Shown here: one piece after another, positions 40,140 through 52,717 of the stretch
How positions within the stretch are numbered: the first letter of the stretch is position 1
How the letters are laid out: each line of letters starts with the position of its first letter
Source: Octopus sinensis
Taxonomy: Eukaryota
Length of the DNA stretch: 64,000 bases
Direction of reading: 5' to 3'
Assembly (NCBI RefSeq): GCF_006345805.1
Contig: NC_043011.1
Span: 20,410,464-20,474,463 of the forward strand
The notes under the pieces: generated by a model
Told to the model about the DNA's origin: nothing
Databases searched by the model: none
Seen by the model: the letters and a program-made list of their open reading frames with translations, nothing else
Made by a program: the position numbers and the translations under genes

Positions 40140-40538
40140 ACTCTTTTACTCTTTTACTTGTTTCAGTCATTTGACTGCGGCCATGCTGGAGCACCACCTT
40201 TAGTTGAGCAAATCGACCCCGGGACTTATTCTTTGTAAGCCCACTACTTATTCTATCGGTCTCTTTTTGCCAAACCGCTAAGTGATGGGGACGTAAACAC
40301 ACCAGCATCGGTTGTCAAGCAATGCTAGGGGGACAAACACAGACACACAAACATACATATATATATACATATATACGACAGGCTTCTTTCAGTTTCTGTT
40401 TACCAAATCCACTCACAAGCCATTGGTCAGCCTGGGGCTATAGCGGAAGACACTTGTCCAAGATGCCACGCAGTGGGACTGAACCCGGAACCATGTGGTT
40501 GGTTAGCAAGCTACTTACCACGCAGCCACTCCTGCGCC
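40140..40538 (-). mobile_element. SINE family A
   Basis: Full match, about 310 bp upstream of exon 2. Confidence 0.85.
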
Positions 40539-40737
40539 TTCGTATACCCTCTCTGCTAACCAATGTCTGAACGCCTTTTTTTTTCTGGTTTTGTAGAACA
40601 GGTTTTCAAACAGTTTCCCCCTGCTTCATCCACATGACTTGGGTTTACATTTGGGAATGTTACAAGACATCTATGCGAAGCAGAAGGATCAGTTCCAAGA
40701 TTCTGAGATTGGAAAGTGAACTCCTTAACCATTTGTT

Positions 40738-40781
<44 letters not shown>

Positions 40782-40851
40782 CCACCAGAAATGAACAGAT
40801 TTCTTCATGAACCAATGTTTTGTAACTGACTTTCTTATTCTTTTGCACCAG

Positions 40852-40938
40852 TTATTCCGCCATGGTGACAGAACAGCTACAGGAACATTACCAGCACACG
40901 GACAGAGTAGCAGAGATAGTAGAGGACATCTAACCAAA
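40852..40938 (+). CDS. Histidine acid phosphatase exon 2 (catalytic RHG motif)
   Basis: TTTTGCACCAG|LFRHGDRTATGTLPAHGQSSRDSRGHLTK|GTCAGT. It parallels vertebrate LYRHGDRSP...GQLTK, with matching exon ends as recalled. Confidence 0.93.
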
Positions 40939-41314
40939 GTCAGTACAATCTTTTTCTTCATGTTTCTACTATTATCACCATCATTATTAATTATTATTAC
41001 TATTGTTGCTGTCAACATCATCGTTATCATCTTCATCCTGCATCATCGTTAAGATAACTGTTGCATGTTAAATTAGGTAAATTAATTATCTTGTAAGCGT
41101 ATGTCCATATGTGTGCATGCTTCCTACTTTTTTATGCATCCCTCATGCAACTGAAAATATTTTACTATTTTGCACATTAAAAAGAAAATTGAAGATATAA
41201 TTAATGTGATATTGTTTGTTACAATATAAAATTACAAATAAACAAACTGGGGTGTACAGTTATTGCTGTGTGTAAGTTGCTAGCTAACAGGAAAGACTCC
41301 ATGGTTATCATCAT

Positions 41315-41710
41315 AATCATCATCATCATCGTCGTTTAATGTCTGTTTTCCGCGCTAGCACAGGTTGGACGGTTCGACCGGGGTCTGGGAAGCCAGGGGC
41401 TGCTCCAGGATCCAGTCTGATCTGGCAGAGTTTCTACGGCTGGATGCCCTTCCTAACGCCAACCACTCCGCGAGTGTAGTGGGTGCTTTTTACGTGCCAC
41501 CTGCACAGGTGCCAGGGGGGGGTCCGGCATCGGCCACGATCGGTTGGAGCTTTTAACGTGCCACCGGCACAGAAGCCAGCCAAGGCAGCGCTGGCAACGG
41601 CCACGTTCGGATGGTGCTTTTTATGTGCCACCGGCACAGAAGCCAGTTAAGTCAGCGCTGGCTACGGCCACGTTCGGATGGTGCTTTTTATGTGCCACCG
41701 GCACAGGTAT
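41315..41710 (-). mobile_element. SINE family D (V-domain-like, (GAT)n tail)
   Basis: Minus strand GTTAGGAAGGGCATCCAGCCGTAGAAA...AAACGACGATGATGATG. Related copies lie at about 43915, 56850, 57330 and 62783. Confidence 0.7.
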
Positions 41711-42558
41711 CACAACTACTATTTCCATTGATATTTATTTCGATGTTCATGTTCATGTACTTGACTCAACAGGTCTCCTCAAGCACAGCGGGACGTTCTG
41801 GGATCCAGGGTACTTTGAATGGGCAGGGTCTATGCGGAACTGGTACAGGAAGCAGCCCGGGTCTTTGCAGTCACAGCATATCTCCAGAGATCTCAGTCCT
41901 TTGCCATTGCCTCAGTGAGGCCCAACGCCCTGAGGTCATGCTTGACTGCCTCATCCCATGTCTTCCTGGGTCTACCTCTCCCCCTGATACCTTCAACTGT
42001 TTGGGAGTGGCACTTCTTCACAAGATAATGATAAAATAATAAATAAATGCACCCTTTTAAAGCCTAGCCAGGCTCATGGGCCCGGTTTCCTGGTTTCTAT
42101 GGCATATGTGTTCCCCAGCTGGATGGGAGGCCAGTCCATCACAGTGTTACTCATGGTTGCAGTCCAATGACTGAAACAAGTATAGGATCAAGTATTTATT
42201 GCAGTTAAAAAGGAGATAATTCAAGGCTAACGACTATGGTCTTCCAAATGGGTTTAATTAAATAGAGAAATTTGCAGACAATGAACTTCAAAATTTTATC
42301 ACACCAAAGAGGAGGGTAGAGTGAAATAATCTATAATATCTTCAAAGGGAGACAGCAAACTAGAGGTATTGCAAGGTAGGCTTGAAGATTTCACAGCAGA
42401 CTTGAAAAAAATAGGCCATTCTTCATATCAAAATAATATTTTTACAAACTACGTACACAAAATGAAATAGCAAAGTTCAAGTATTAAATCCTAACTTCCA
42501 TTTGCCCAGTTTCCTGTAACATCAATATTAAGTTTAGTGAAAGCAAGAGACTATTTAA

Positions 42559-42779
42559 CCCTTTTGTTACTGAATTTCTGTTGAGATGCTCAGTGTTTCA
42601 TCCAATTATTTTAAATATAACAAAAAATTAAGTAAAATAACATCGTTATCATTAAGCTAGAGTTAGGGACGTAAATTATGACTCAGGTTTGGTGGAAGAT
42701 TTTAATTCAGAACTTTTGAAAACCAGACATTTGTACTAAAGAGCCAGAGCCGGTTTCAGCCGGGTTGGTAATGAAAGGG
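42559..42779. mobile_element. piggyBac-like MITE
   Basis: TTAA|CCCTTTTGTTAC ... GTAATGAAAGGG|TTAA. Confidence 0.8.
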
Positions 42780-43209
42780 TTAAGTAAGGCTGCTTTCTGC
42801 AACTTATCATTGGAAACCTTATTTCAAATCACACAAAAGATTCAAAAGTTTGGGTGTAAAACCAATCCCCAACTGTTAATTGTATGGTCATCCTCTAAAC
42901 TTAAATGAGGTGTCTCTTCTTCCTTTATCAGCACTTTCATTCTCAAGTCTCATGTAACAAGCCCACTCGGTGAGCCACAGATATTTTGGTTTCCATACTA
43001 GAAAATCTTTATCTATTCAACAAGTATGTAGAGGAAGGAGCATCTTAAATGTTAACTACTCTGTTAATTCTGTCAAATTCTCAAGCTACACACGGCAGAC
43101 GTAGCTTTCAGTGTGAAATTTCATAGCTGCCATCCCAGATGTTAGATGGTCAACCTAACTGAAGTTTATCTGGTGCATGAATATGTAAGATTGTAATCTG
43201 AAAATTTTG

Positions 43210-43860
43210 TAGGCATGACTGTGTGGTAAGAAGCTTGCTTCACAATCACATGGTTCCGGTTTCAGTCCCACTGTATGGTACCTTGGGCAAGTGTCTTCTA
43301 CTATAGCCTCAGGCTGACCAAAGCCTTGTGAGTGGGTTTGGTGGACAGAAACTGAAATAAAGCGGCGAGCTGGCAGAAACATTAGCACGTCAGGTGAAAT
43401 ACTTAGTGGTATTTCGTCTGTCATTACGTTCTGAGTTCAAATTCCACCGAGGTTGACTTTGCCTTTCATCCTTTCGGGGTCAATTAAATATGTACCAGTT
43501 ACACACTAGGGTCGATATAATTGACTTAATCCATTTGTTTGTCCCCTCTGTGTTTAGCCCCTTGTGGGCAATAAAGAAATAAGAAACTGAAAGAAGCCTG
43601 TTGTATATAAATATATATATGTGTATGTGTGTGTGTGTGCGTGTATGTGTGTGTGTGTGTGTGTGTATTTATGTGTGTGTCTCTGTGTTTGTTGCCGCCA
43701 CCACCATTGCTTGACAACTGATGTCGGTGTGTTCATGTCCACATAACTTAGTGGTTTGGCAAAACAGACCAATAGAATAAGTACTAGGCTTTAAAAAATT
43801 GGTGCTGGGGTTGTATCATTCGACTAAAACCCTTCACGGCTGCAGTCAAATGACTGAGGA
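43210..43860 (+). mobile_element. SINE-A with nested SINE-B (43358-43581)
   Basis: AGAAACTGAAA is duplicated at 43347-43357 and 43582-43592 around the SINE-B. Confidence 0.8.
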
Positions 43861-44459
43861 ATAAAGAAAACTTCTAATACACTGACTGATGTTGGGATGT
43901 CACAGATGTAGTACAATCATCATCATCATCATCATCGTTTAACGTCCGTTTTCCATGCTAGCATGGGTTGGACGGTTCGACCGGGGTCTGGGAAGCCAGG
44001 AGGCTGCACCAGGCTCCAGTCTGATCTGGCAGTGTTTCTACAGCTGGATGCCCTTCCTAACACCAACCACTCTATGAGTGATTAGGTTACAGGAAAGAAT
44101 AGCAAAGCAGACTTTTCAAGCTGAGTCAACTGATTGGAGACCAAGAATGAGATGGTTGCTTTGTGTCCTAGACCCAAGTGGTCAAACTTGGGAATCCAGC
44201 TGGCAAGTGCAATGCCAGTTGCTTCTGACAAGACCTTGTGGAGAAGGTGCCTAAGGACTCTATGCCCATAACCCTGCCAGGATTAGTGGGTGGACAAGAT
44301 GAAGGAATGGATTACACACAAGTCCAGTTCTTCTGCAACTGTTGTATGATTTCATCATAGAACTGAAACCACGTTCCATTTGAATAGAGGGTTACTTACA
44401 ACTCTGTGCTTTACATTACAAATGTGTCTCAATAATCTATTCTACTGTTGGTACAAAGC

Positions 44460-45050
44460 CAGCAATTTCAAGGGTAAGTTGATTATATCAACCCCCCCAC
44501 CCTGTGCTTGACTAGTACTTATTACATCAACCCCGAAAGGCTGAAAGGCAAAGTCAACTTTGGTGGAATTTGAACTCAGAATGTAAAGGTGGACGAAACA
44601 CCACTTAAAATTTTGCCTGGCATGCTAACAATTCTTATTTCTTTATTGCCCACAAGGGGCTAAACATAGAGGGTACAAACAAGGACAGACAAAGGGATTA
44701 AGTCGATTGCATCAACTCCAGTGCGTAACTGGTACTTAATTTATCGACCACAAAAGGATGAAAGGCAAAGTCAACCTCAGCGGAATTTGAACTCAGAATG
44801 TAGCGGCAGACAAAATACCTATTTCTTTACTACCCACAAGGGGCTAAACACAGAGGGAACAAACAAGGATAGACAAACGGATTGAGTCGATTATATCGAC
44901 CCCAGTGCGTAACTGGTACTTATTTAATCGACCCCGAAAGGATGAAAGGCAAAGTCGACCTCGGCAGAATTTGAACTCAGAACGTAACGGCAGACAAAAT
45001 ACCACTAAGGATTTCACCCGGCATGCAAATAATTTTGCCAGCTCATAGCC
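44460..45050 (-). mobile_element. Tandem SINE-B multimer
   Basis: Three to four head-to-tail family B units. Confidence 0.75.
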
Positions 45051-45712
45051 TTTAATGTGTTTCAATAATGAAACTTTTTTTTTAAGCTTCTATGCTTGAA
45101 TGAATGAGAGCATTGTTTTCAAGTTAACACACTATATCTTTCCTGTGACATAAATAAGTTCTAAATCAGCAATATATACCAGCTCCTTTAACAGGCTATT
45201 GTGTTTTCAGATTCAGTTAGTTATCTGTCTAAAGTTACATTCAGGTTGTGACGTTTGTGTACTGTCTCTAGATTTTTTTAAGGTTGACAGTTTGTGATCT
45301 TATCTTGCTCCCTTATGGTAAAAGGTATAAACAAAATATCTGCCCAGTACTGCCCCCTGTCAGAAATATGTCACAAATATATATTTCTTTACTACCTACA
45401 AGGGGCTAAACACAGAGGGGACAAACAAGGACAGACAAAGGGATTAAGTCGATTACATCGACCATAGTGCATACCTGGCACTTAATTTATTGACCCCGAA
45501 AGGATGAAAGGCAAAGTCGACCTCGGCGGAATTTGAACCCAGAACGTAACGGCAGACGAAATACGGCTACGCATTTCGCCCTAAAGTTTAAACCTATATA
45601 CACAACATTCCCATTCATTCAGGGAATTTATGTACGTGTATGTATATGGTGCCAACTGTATACAGATATGTATATATGATAAATTTTTATGTCTTTCGTT
45701 TTTTCTTTACAG

Positions 45713-45796
45713 ATAGGAACTAAACAAAATCTGAATCTAGGAAGTTATTTTCAAAGTCGTTACCATGGATTTTTCAGTTCTATTCCTTCAAATGAG
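45713..45796 (+). CDS. Histidine acid phosphatase exon 3
   Basis: TTTTCTTTACAG|IGTKQNLNLGSYFQSRYHGFFSSIPSNE|GTAAGA. It parallels ACP2 [29 protein letters not shown]. Confidence 0.92.
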
Positions 45797-46048
45797 GTAA
45801 GATTCAGCTAAAAGATACCAGAATAAATGTGAATTATTTTACACACGTATATATCTTTCTGAAGAATTTTCTTATATTGATTTCCTGATATTAATAATAA
45901 TGTATTGTATAAAAATATATATATATAATCACTGGTATTAAATATATAAATACTTTAATAGTATTTATACTTTGATACAATTGAGCACTCAATATAAATT
46001 CAGTATATAATATTCTCATTGAATATATTTAACTAAAGATTTACATAC

Positions 46049-46081
<33 letters not shown>

Positions 46082-46180
46082 TATATATATATACATACAT
46101 ACATATATACATGCAATATATATGCATATATACATATATATATATATACATACATACATATATACATGCAATATATATGC

Positions 46181-46229
<49 letters not shown>

Positions 46230-46367
46230 TAAGGGCTCCTAAATAAAGATGCCGAGTGCTGGGAACACAAAAAGGGGATGAATTTTTTGTCTTATGACTA
46301 ATTCGTCTTTTGTGCTGGGCACCTGGTAGTAAATAATATTACTACCCTTCTTGTTTATATATATATA

Positions 46368-46408
<41 letters not shown>

Positions 46409-46593
46409 CTTACGTATATATATAATATATTTAATATATATCATGTGATCACATTACCAACCAGATTATCCTATCAGATGCTGTTACATACCACTGATCC
46501 CAATGCGCTTTGCATCATTTTAGCCCTTGGATGATGCCACCCCACTGGTTAGGTGGATAGGGCAATATATATATATGTGTGTGTGTGTGTGTT

Positions 46594-46636
<43 letters not shown>

Positions 46637-46667
46637 GTTTGTGCGAGTGTGTGTGCATGTGTGTGAA

Positions 46668-46990
46668 GGTGCATAGCTCAGTGGTTAGAGTGTCAAGCTT
46701 ATGATCATGAGGTTGTGAGTTCGAATCCCGGACCAGGCTGCGTGTTGTGTTCTTGAGCAAGACACTTTATTTCACGTTGCTCCAGTTCACTCAGCTGTAG
46801 AAATGAGTTGCGACATCACAGGTGCCAGGCCATTGCCTCTCCCTTGGATAACACTGGTGGCGTGGAGAGGGGAGGCCGGTATGCACGGGCGACTGGTGGT
46901 CTTCCATAAACAACCTTGCCCGGACTTGTACCTGGGAGGGTAACTTTCTAGGTGCAATTGCATGGTCAGTCATGACCGAAGGGGGTCTCA
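46668..46990 (+). mobile_element. CORE-like tRNA SINE, family E
   Basis: Head GTGCATAGCTCAGTGGTTAGAG...GAGTTCGAATCCCGG and CORE-like GTGTTCTTGAGCAAGACACTT. Confidence 0.75.
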
Positions 46991-47029
46991 ATATATATAT
47001 GTATGTATGTATGTATACTCTTTTTCTCT

Positions 47030-47358
47030 TTTCTCTTTTACTTGTTTCAGTCATTTGACTGCGGCCATGCTGGAGCACCGCCTTTAGTCGATCAAATCGA
47101 CCCTGGGACTAATTCTTTGTAAGCCCAGTATCGGTCTCTTTTTCCGAACCGCTAAGTGACGGGGACGTAAACACACCAGCATCGGTTGTCAAGCAATGCT
47201 AGGGAGACAAACACAGACACACAAACCCTCACACACACACACATGTATATATATGCATATATACGACAGGCTTCTTTCAGTTTCCGTCTACCAAATCCAC
47301 TCACAAGGCATTGGTCGGCCCGGGGCAAGCTACTTACCACACAGCCACTCCTGCGCCT
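47030..47358 (-). mobile_element. SINE family A (internal deletion)
   Basis: Tail and head present, with part of the body missing. Confidence 0.8.
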
Positions 47359-47367
47359 ATATATATA

Positions 47368-47438
<71 letters not shown>

Positions 47439-47898
47439 ACACATACATTTATACAAACATATGTATGTATTTTGATTGTAATTGATCTCATCAGTTTAAT
47501 ATTGAATTTGAATTTTAAATAAATTAATTGATTTAAACTGCTGATATACATCTAATATCAGTTTAAAATTTCAGCACAAGGCCAGCAATTTCAGGAGAAA
47601 TGAGTTAGTCAATTACATCAATCTCAATGCCCAACTGGTGTTTGTTTTACTGACCCCAAAAGGATGAAAGGCAAAGTCAGACACAGCAGAATTAGAACTC
47701 AGAATGTAAAGATGGACAAAATGCTGTTAGGCATTTTTCCTGACATGCTAACAATTCTGCCAGTTCACCATCTTGATATAGGTCTAATATCAAAGTACTA
47801 ACAGCATAATTTTGATACCGTATTATTAATATATAATTCTCATACATCAGACATCTATTTTCTCATAAAAGTCAATTGTTCTTCCTTCTCTTTCTAAG

Positions 47899-48045
47899 AT
47901 CAAACTGGAGAGTTCTCCTGTCCCACGATGTGTCCAAAGTGCCCAAGCTCTCGTAGATGGCTTATATTTACATTACCAAACAACAGAACGAAACTTCTCA
48001 GAATCACAATTACTACCAATATATTCCAGACCTCATGATGATAAT
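47899..48045 (+). CDS. Histidine acid phosphatase exon 4
   Basis: CTTCTCTTTCTAAG|IKLESSPVPRCVQSAQALVDGLYLHYQTTERNFSESQLLPIYSRPHDDN|GTATGT. It parallels [23 protein letters not shown]...PIPVHTVP. The acceptor is the less common AAG. Confidence 0.88.
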
Positions 48046-48210
48046 GTATGTATACTGCCTCATTCTCAATTCCACAATGATAATAAATGTTTAGTCTTTT
48101 AACCCTGTTTCAAGAATGGCAACTTTTGTACACTTATTTTTTGTTCAACACTGCAATACCTGTATATTTTTTGTTTTGCTTTGTTTTTTTTTGTTTTTTT
48201 TACTGTATAT

Positions 48211-48640
48211 GGGTAGGAGTGGCTGTGTGGTAAGTAGCTTGCTTACAAACCACATGGTTCCAGGTTCAGTCCCATTGCGTGGCACCTTAGGCAAGTGTCT
48301 TCTACCATAGCCTCGGGCCACCCAAAGCCTTGTGAGTAGATATGGTAGATGGAAAACTGAAAGAAGCCTGTCATATATATGTATATGTATGTATGTGTGT
48401 GTATGTATGTATATGTATGTATATATGTTCGTGTGTCTGTGTTTGTCCCCCCCCCCAACATTGCTTGACAACCGATGCTGGTGTGTTTACATCCCCGTAA
48501 CTTAGCAATTCGACAAAAGAGACCAATAGAATAAGTACTAGGCTTACAAAAAATAAGTCCTGGGGTCGATTTACTCGACTAAAAGGCAGTGCTCCAGCAT
48601 GGCCACAGTCAAATGACTGAAACAAGTAAAGGAGTAAGAG
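48211..48640 (+). mobile_element. SINE family A
   Basis: Full match, inverted relative to the 47030 copy. Confidence 0.85.
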
Positions 48641-48661
48641 TATATGATTTATACAATATAT

Positions 48662-48888
48662 ATTTCTTTACTACCCACAAGGGGCTAAACACAGAGGGGA
48701 CAAACAAGGACAAAGGGATTAAGTCGATTACATCAACCCCAGTGCGTAACTGGTACTTAATTTATTGACCCCGGAAGGATGAAAGGCAAAGTCGACCTCG
48801 GCGGAATTTGAACTCAGAACGTAACGACAGACGAAATACGGCTACGCATTTCACCCGGCGTGCTAACGTTTCTGCCAGCTCGCCGCCA
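48662..48888 (-). mobile_element. SINE family B
   Basis: Full-length match. Confidence 0.85.
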
Positions 48889-49630
48889 TAGTATATGGCC
48901 TGAGTCTATGGTAGAAGACACTTGCCCAATATATGATGGTATTTGAAACTACGGTCTCTGGCAGTTGGATAAAGTTTACAGAAAATACTTGTATTTTTGC
49001 TTTTTACTTTCTACCAACATGTCCATTTAAGGGAGCTTCTCTTCTTAATTACTTGGTGACCTCGTTAGTGCTGATGCTAATTAAAAAAAAAATACTCTGT
49101 ACACTCTGTAGAGTGGTTAGGTTTGGTAAAGGCATCCAGCCATAGAAACTGTGGTGTTAGTAGTGTTATGGGGTGAAATGGAGCTATGTAGTATGATGGA
49201 GGAAAAGGACAACAGACAAAAGAAGCAAACAGGAGAAAGAAATACAAAAGGCTTTACCTGTTGACCTTGGCGAAATCAGCGGTCACTCTCACGAATTAAA
49301 TACGTCTTGTCTCTGCACCGTCTTTGCTCGAACTCACCACACCTGCTTCCTGACCACACGTGCTTGCTGACCACGCATGCCCCTGTCACTCTTCCGCCGG
49401 CCCCTGCAAGCCTTACTTCCATCCACCTCATCTGCAATCCCCTCCACCAACATCACATAGCTCCATCACAGTCCATAACACTACTAACACCACACCTCCA
49501 TCACACTACAGATACAATGTCAAAACAGACACTGGAGCTCACTGCAGTCCTGTGGCTCATCAGATCCTGTCAAATCATCCAGTTCCTGCCAGTATGGAAG
49601 ATGGAACATTAAATGATGATGATGTGTAAA

Positions 49631-49852
49631 GGCGACAAGCTGGCAGAAACGTTAGCGCGTCGGGCGAAATGCTTAACGGTATTTCGTCTGCCGCTACGTT
49701 CTGAGTTCAAATTCCGCCAAGGTCGAGTTTGCCTTTCATCCTTTCGGGGTCGATAAATTAAGTACCAGTTACGCACTGGGGTCGATGTAATCGGCTTTAT
49801 CCGTTTGTCTGTCCTCTCTGTGTTTAGCCCCTTGCGGGTAGTAAAGAAATAG
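49631..49852 (+). mobile_element. SINE family B
   Basis: Full-length match. Confidence 0.8.
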
Positions 49853-50381
49853 ATGTGTAAACTGGTTGATAAATCTCAAAAAAAAAAAGATGGTTAAATT
49901 TATACTTGACACCTTGTTAGTTCCTGTTAAACAACCAATGGCTAAGTCAGTGACTCTCAAACAAACAAATAGTAGATCCCCACCCCCCACTCATAACCCC
50001 TTCCTACAAATAATATTAGCAAAATTTGTTTGCTTCTTCACCACTTTATTGATGAAAAGGAAAAATAGATTTTGCTTCAGTTAATTTTATCTATCGTCAT
50101 CATCATCATCATTTTGAGGTCCACTTTTCCATGTTTGCATGGGTCAGATGGAGTTTATTGAGGCAGATATTCTATGGCTGGATGCCCCCTCCTGTCGCCA
50201 ACCCTCACCTGTTTCCAAGTAAGGTAATATTCACCCATGAGCAGACATGAGTTTTGCTAAATATTGGAAGAGAATTACATTAATTTCCAACAACCATGCA
50301 ACGTCAAGACAAGAGACACACAAACACACGCACACACACACACATATACACACACACATATATATATAGATGATAAATATC

Positions 50382-50680
50382 ACCCTTTTCAAGCCTAGCC
50401 AGGCACTTGGGCCCAGTTTCCCAGTTTCTGTGGCGTATGTGTTCCCCCCAGCTGGACGGGATGCCAGTCCATCGCAGCATTACTCAAGAAACGGGAAGAG
50501 AGAGTGAGAGAAAGTTGTGGTGGAAGAGTACAACAGGGGTCGCCACCACCCCCTGCCGGAGCTTTGTGGAGCTTTTAGGTGTTTTCGCTCAATAAACACA
50601 TACAACGCCCAGTCTGGGAATCGAAACTGCGATCCTCTGACTGTGAGTCCACTGACCTAACTACTGGGCCATTGCGCCTT
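50382..50680 (-). mobile_element. SINE family C variant
   Basis: Same head as the 4005-4380 copy. Confidence 0.75.
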
Positions 50681-50683
50681 CAC

Positions 50684-50728
<45 letters not shown>

Positions 50729-50737
50729 ATATATATA

Positions 50738-50815
<78 letters not shown>

Positions 50816-50989
50816 CTATATATATATATATATATATTTTGTGAAATAGAAAGATGAATAATCTTGTTACAGATTAATCAAAAGTTTAACCGATACCTTG
50901 GTAGCAAAAATCACAGCAGAAGACAGCACGGTTGGAGGTACAACCATATGGTGTTGCAACCATGCGTTGGTGCGGATAATTGAATTTTA

Positions 50990-51301
50990 ATATTATTAGT
51001 GAATTGAAGAATGGAGTTGAACGAAGATTGAACAGAAATCGTTTTATTGCATTCTACACGTGTTTCGAAAGCCACAATTTACCAAATTCCGATTGAATAA
51101 GGAGACCATATTGTGTCTTCTCTTCAGGAAGAAATAGGAAATCCGTTGGAAAAAACAAAAACAGAACAGAGGCGGAGAAAGACACAATATGGTCTCCTTA
51201 TTCAATCGGAATTTGGTAAATTGTGGCTTTCGAAACACGTGTAGAATGCAATAAAACGATTTCTGTTCAATCTTCGTTCAACTCCATTTCTTCAATTCAC
51301 T

Positions 51302-51309
<8 letters not shown>
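50990..51309. repeat. Near-perfect 130-bp inverted repeat (Penelope-like fold-back)
   Basis: Arms at 50990-51119 and 51179-51309, with a spacer of about 59 bp. Abuts (TA)n. Confidence 0.92.
51052..51130 (-). ncRNA. Putative minimal type I hammerhead ribozyme
   Basis: Minus strand reads TTC-CTGAAGA-GAAG...TTTC-GAAA-CACGTG-TA-GAA. The CUGANGA, GAAA and GUA core elements are all intact, and stem III ACACGTGT is self-complementary. Confidence 0.6.
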
Positions 51310-51400
<91 letters not shown>

Positions 51401-51889
51401 GAAAGGGAGAGAGAGATAGAAAGAGATACTACAAGCTTCTTTCTATCTATCAAATCCACTCACAAGGCTTTTTGTTGACTCAGAGTTATAGTAGAAGACA
51501 CTTGCCCAAGGTACCATGCAGTGAGACTGAACCCAAAAGATGGAAATTTGTGAAAGCTTCTCAAACATTAAACCCACACCAACATTGCTAACCTACTTTT
51601 ATGACACATGGTTGGTTAGTCTTAGTCAGTCGATATGACTTACGAGTAAAACGCTAAATTTTAAACAGAATATATTAGAGGCTGTCATATACACCCTGTC
51701 ACTTTCTTTACCAACATACAGAGCATCTATTTATTCTCCATTCCATAATTACTTCACATTACTATATATAAGGTGCATTTGTGGGTGTGCGGTTGCAAAG
51801 CTTGCTTCCAATCCATGTGGTTTCTGGTTCAATCTTATCGCAAAGCTCTCTGGGTAAATGTTTTCTGTGATAGCCCTCAGCCAAGCAAT

Positions 51890-52450
51890 GTCTTGCGAGT
51901 GGTAGCAAACCTATCAATCATTGCACAAAGTAAGGAGTTGAGAAATATGATTACAGATCAAACTATAACTCTCAGTAAGAGACAGCCTAAAAGCTTGAAA
52001 AAGTTATTAACAAAGGCAAAGTTTGACCTTAGCAACAAAGGTCAAGCATTCACTGTGTCTAAATGCAATGATAGCCAATGCGGTACATGCCAATTAATTC
52101 ATACCGGCCGATATATAAACACAAAAACAGGAAAAATATTCACAAACGCGGACATGAACTGTAAAAGCAGAAATTTAATCTACTGCATCAAATGCCCAAC
52201 TGTATGTGAAGAACTGTATGTTGGCCAAACAGGTAATGCACTATCAGAACACTCGTGTATACATTGACAACAAATTAAAAATCAAGAAGTCCGCCAAATA
52301 CCACTGAGTAACCATCTGGCAACATGTGATCGGAAAACTTTTTTGATATTCCCATTTCATAAACTTTACAACCTGAATGAAATTGAGAGAAAACTGAGAG
52401 AAAAGGACTTTATTAAGAAATTCAAACCCAAGCTTAACAATCAATGATTA
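51890..52450 (+). mobile_element. Penelope-like GIY-YIG endonuclease fragment
   Basis: SKRQPKSLKKLL, CNDSQCGTC, NLIYCIKC..C.ELYVGQT. Confidence 0.85.
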
Positions 52451-52717
52451 AATTAATCTTATTTGGGGTTTAAGAATCTTATCCCTATAACTAAAACACA
52501 AAAAATCTCTAAAAAGTACTGCTATCATCATTCCTAAAAATGAACATTGAAAAATGGTTTGGTATCATCTCTAAAAATAGCCAAACAACTTCTACTGCTG
52601 TCCACAGGAACATATATAAAGGACAAAAGACAGCCAGTCAACTAGAGTTGAAACATTCCTTTCACAACCTGGGACCTTGAAGACTGCTTTAATGCAAGAA
52701 AGTATACTAGTATACAT

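Noticed and set aside
46668-46745. tRNA gene (also the heads of SINE families A, B and C)
   Set aside because: The A/B boxes run straight into SINE bodies, and I found no convincing cloverleaf.
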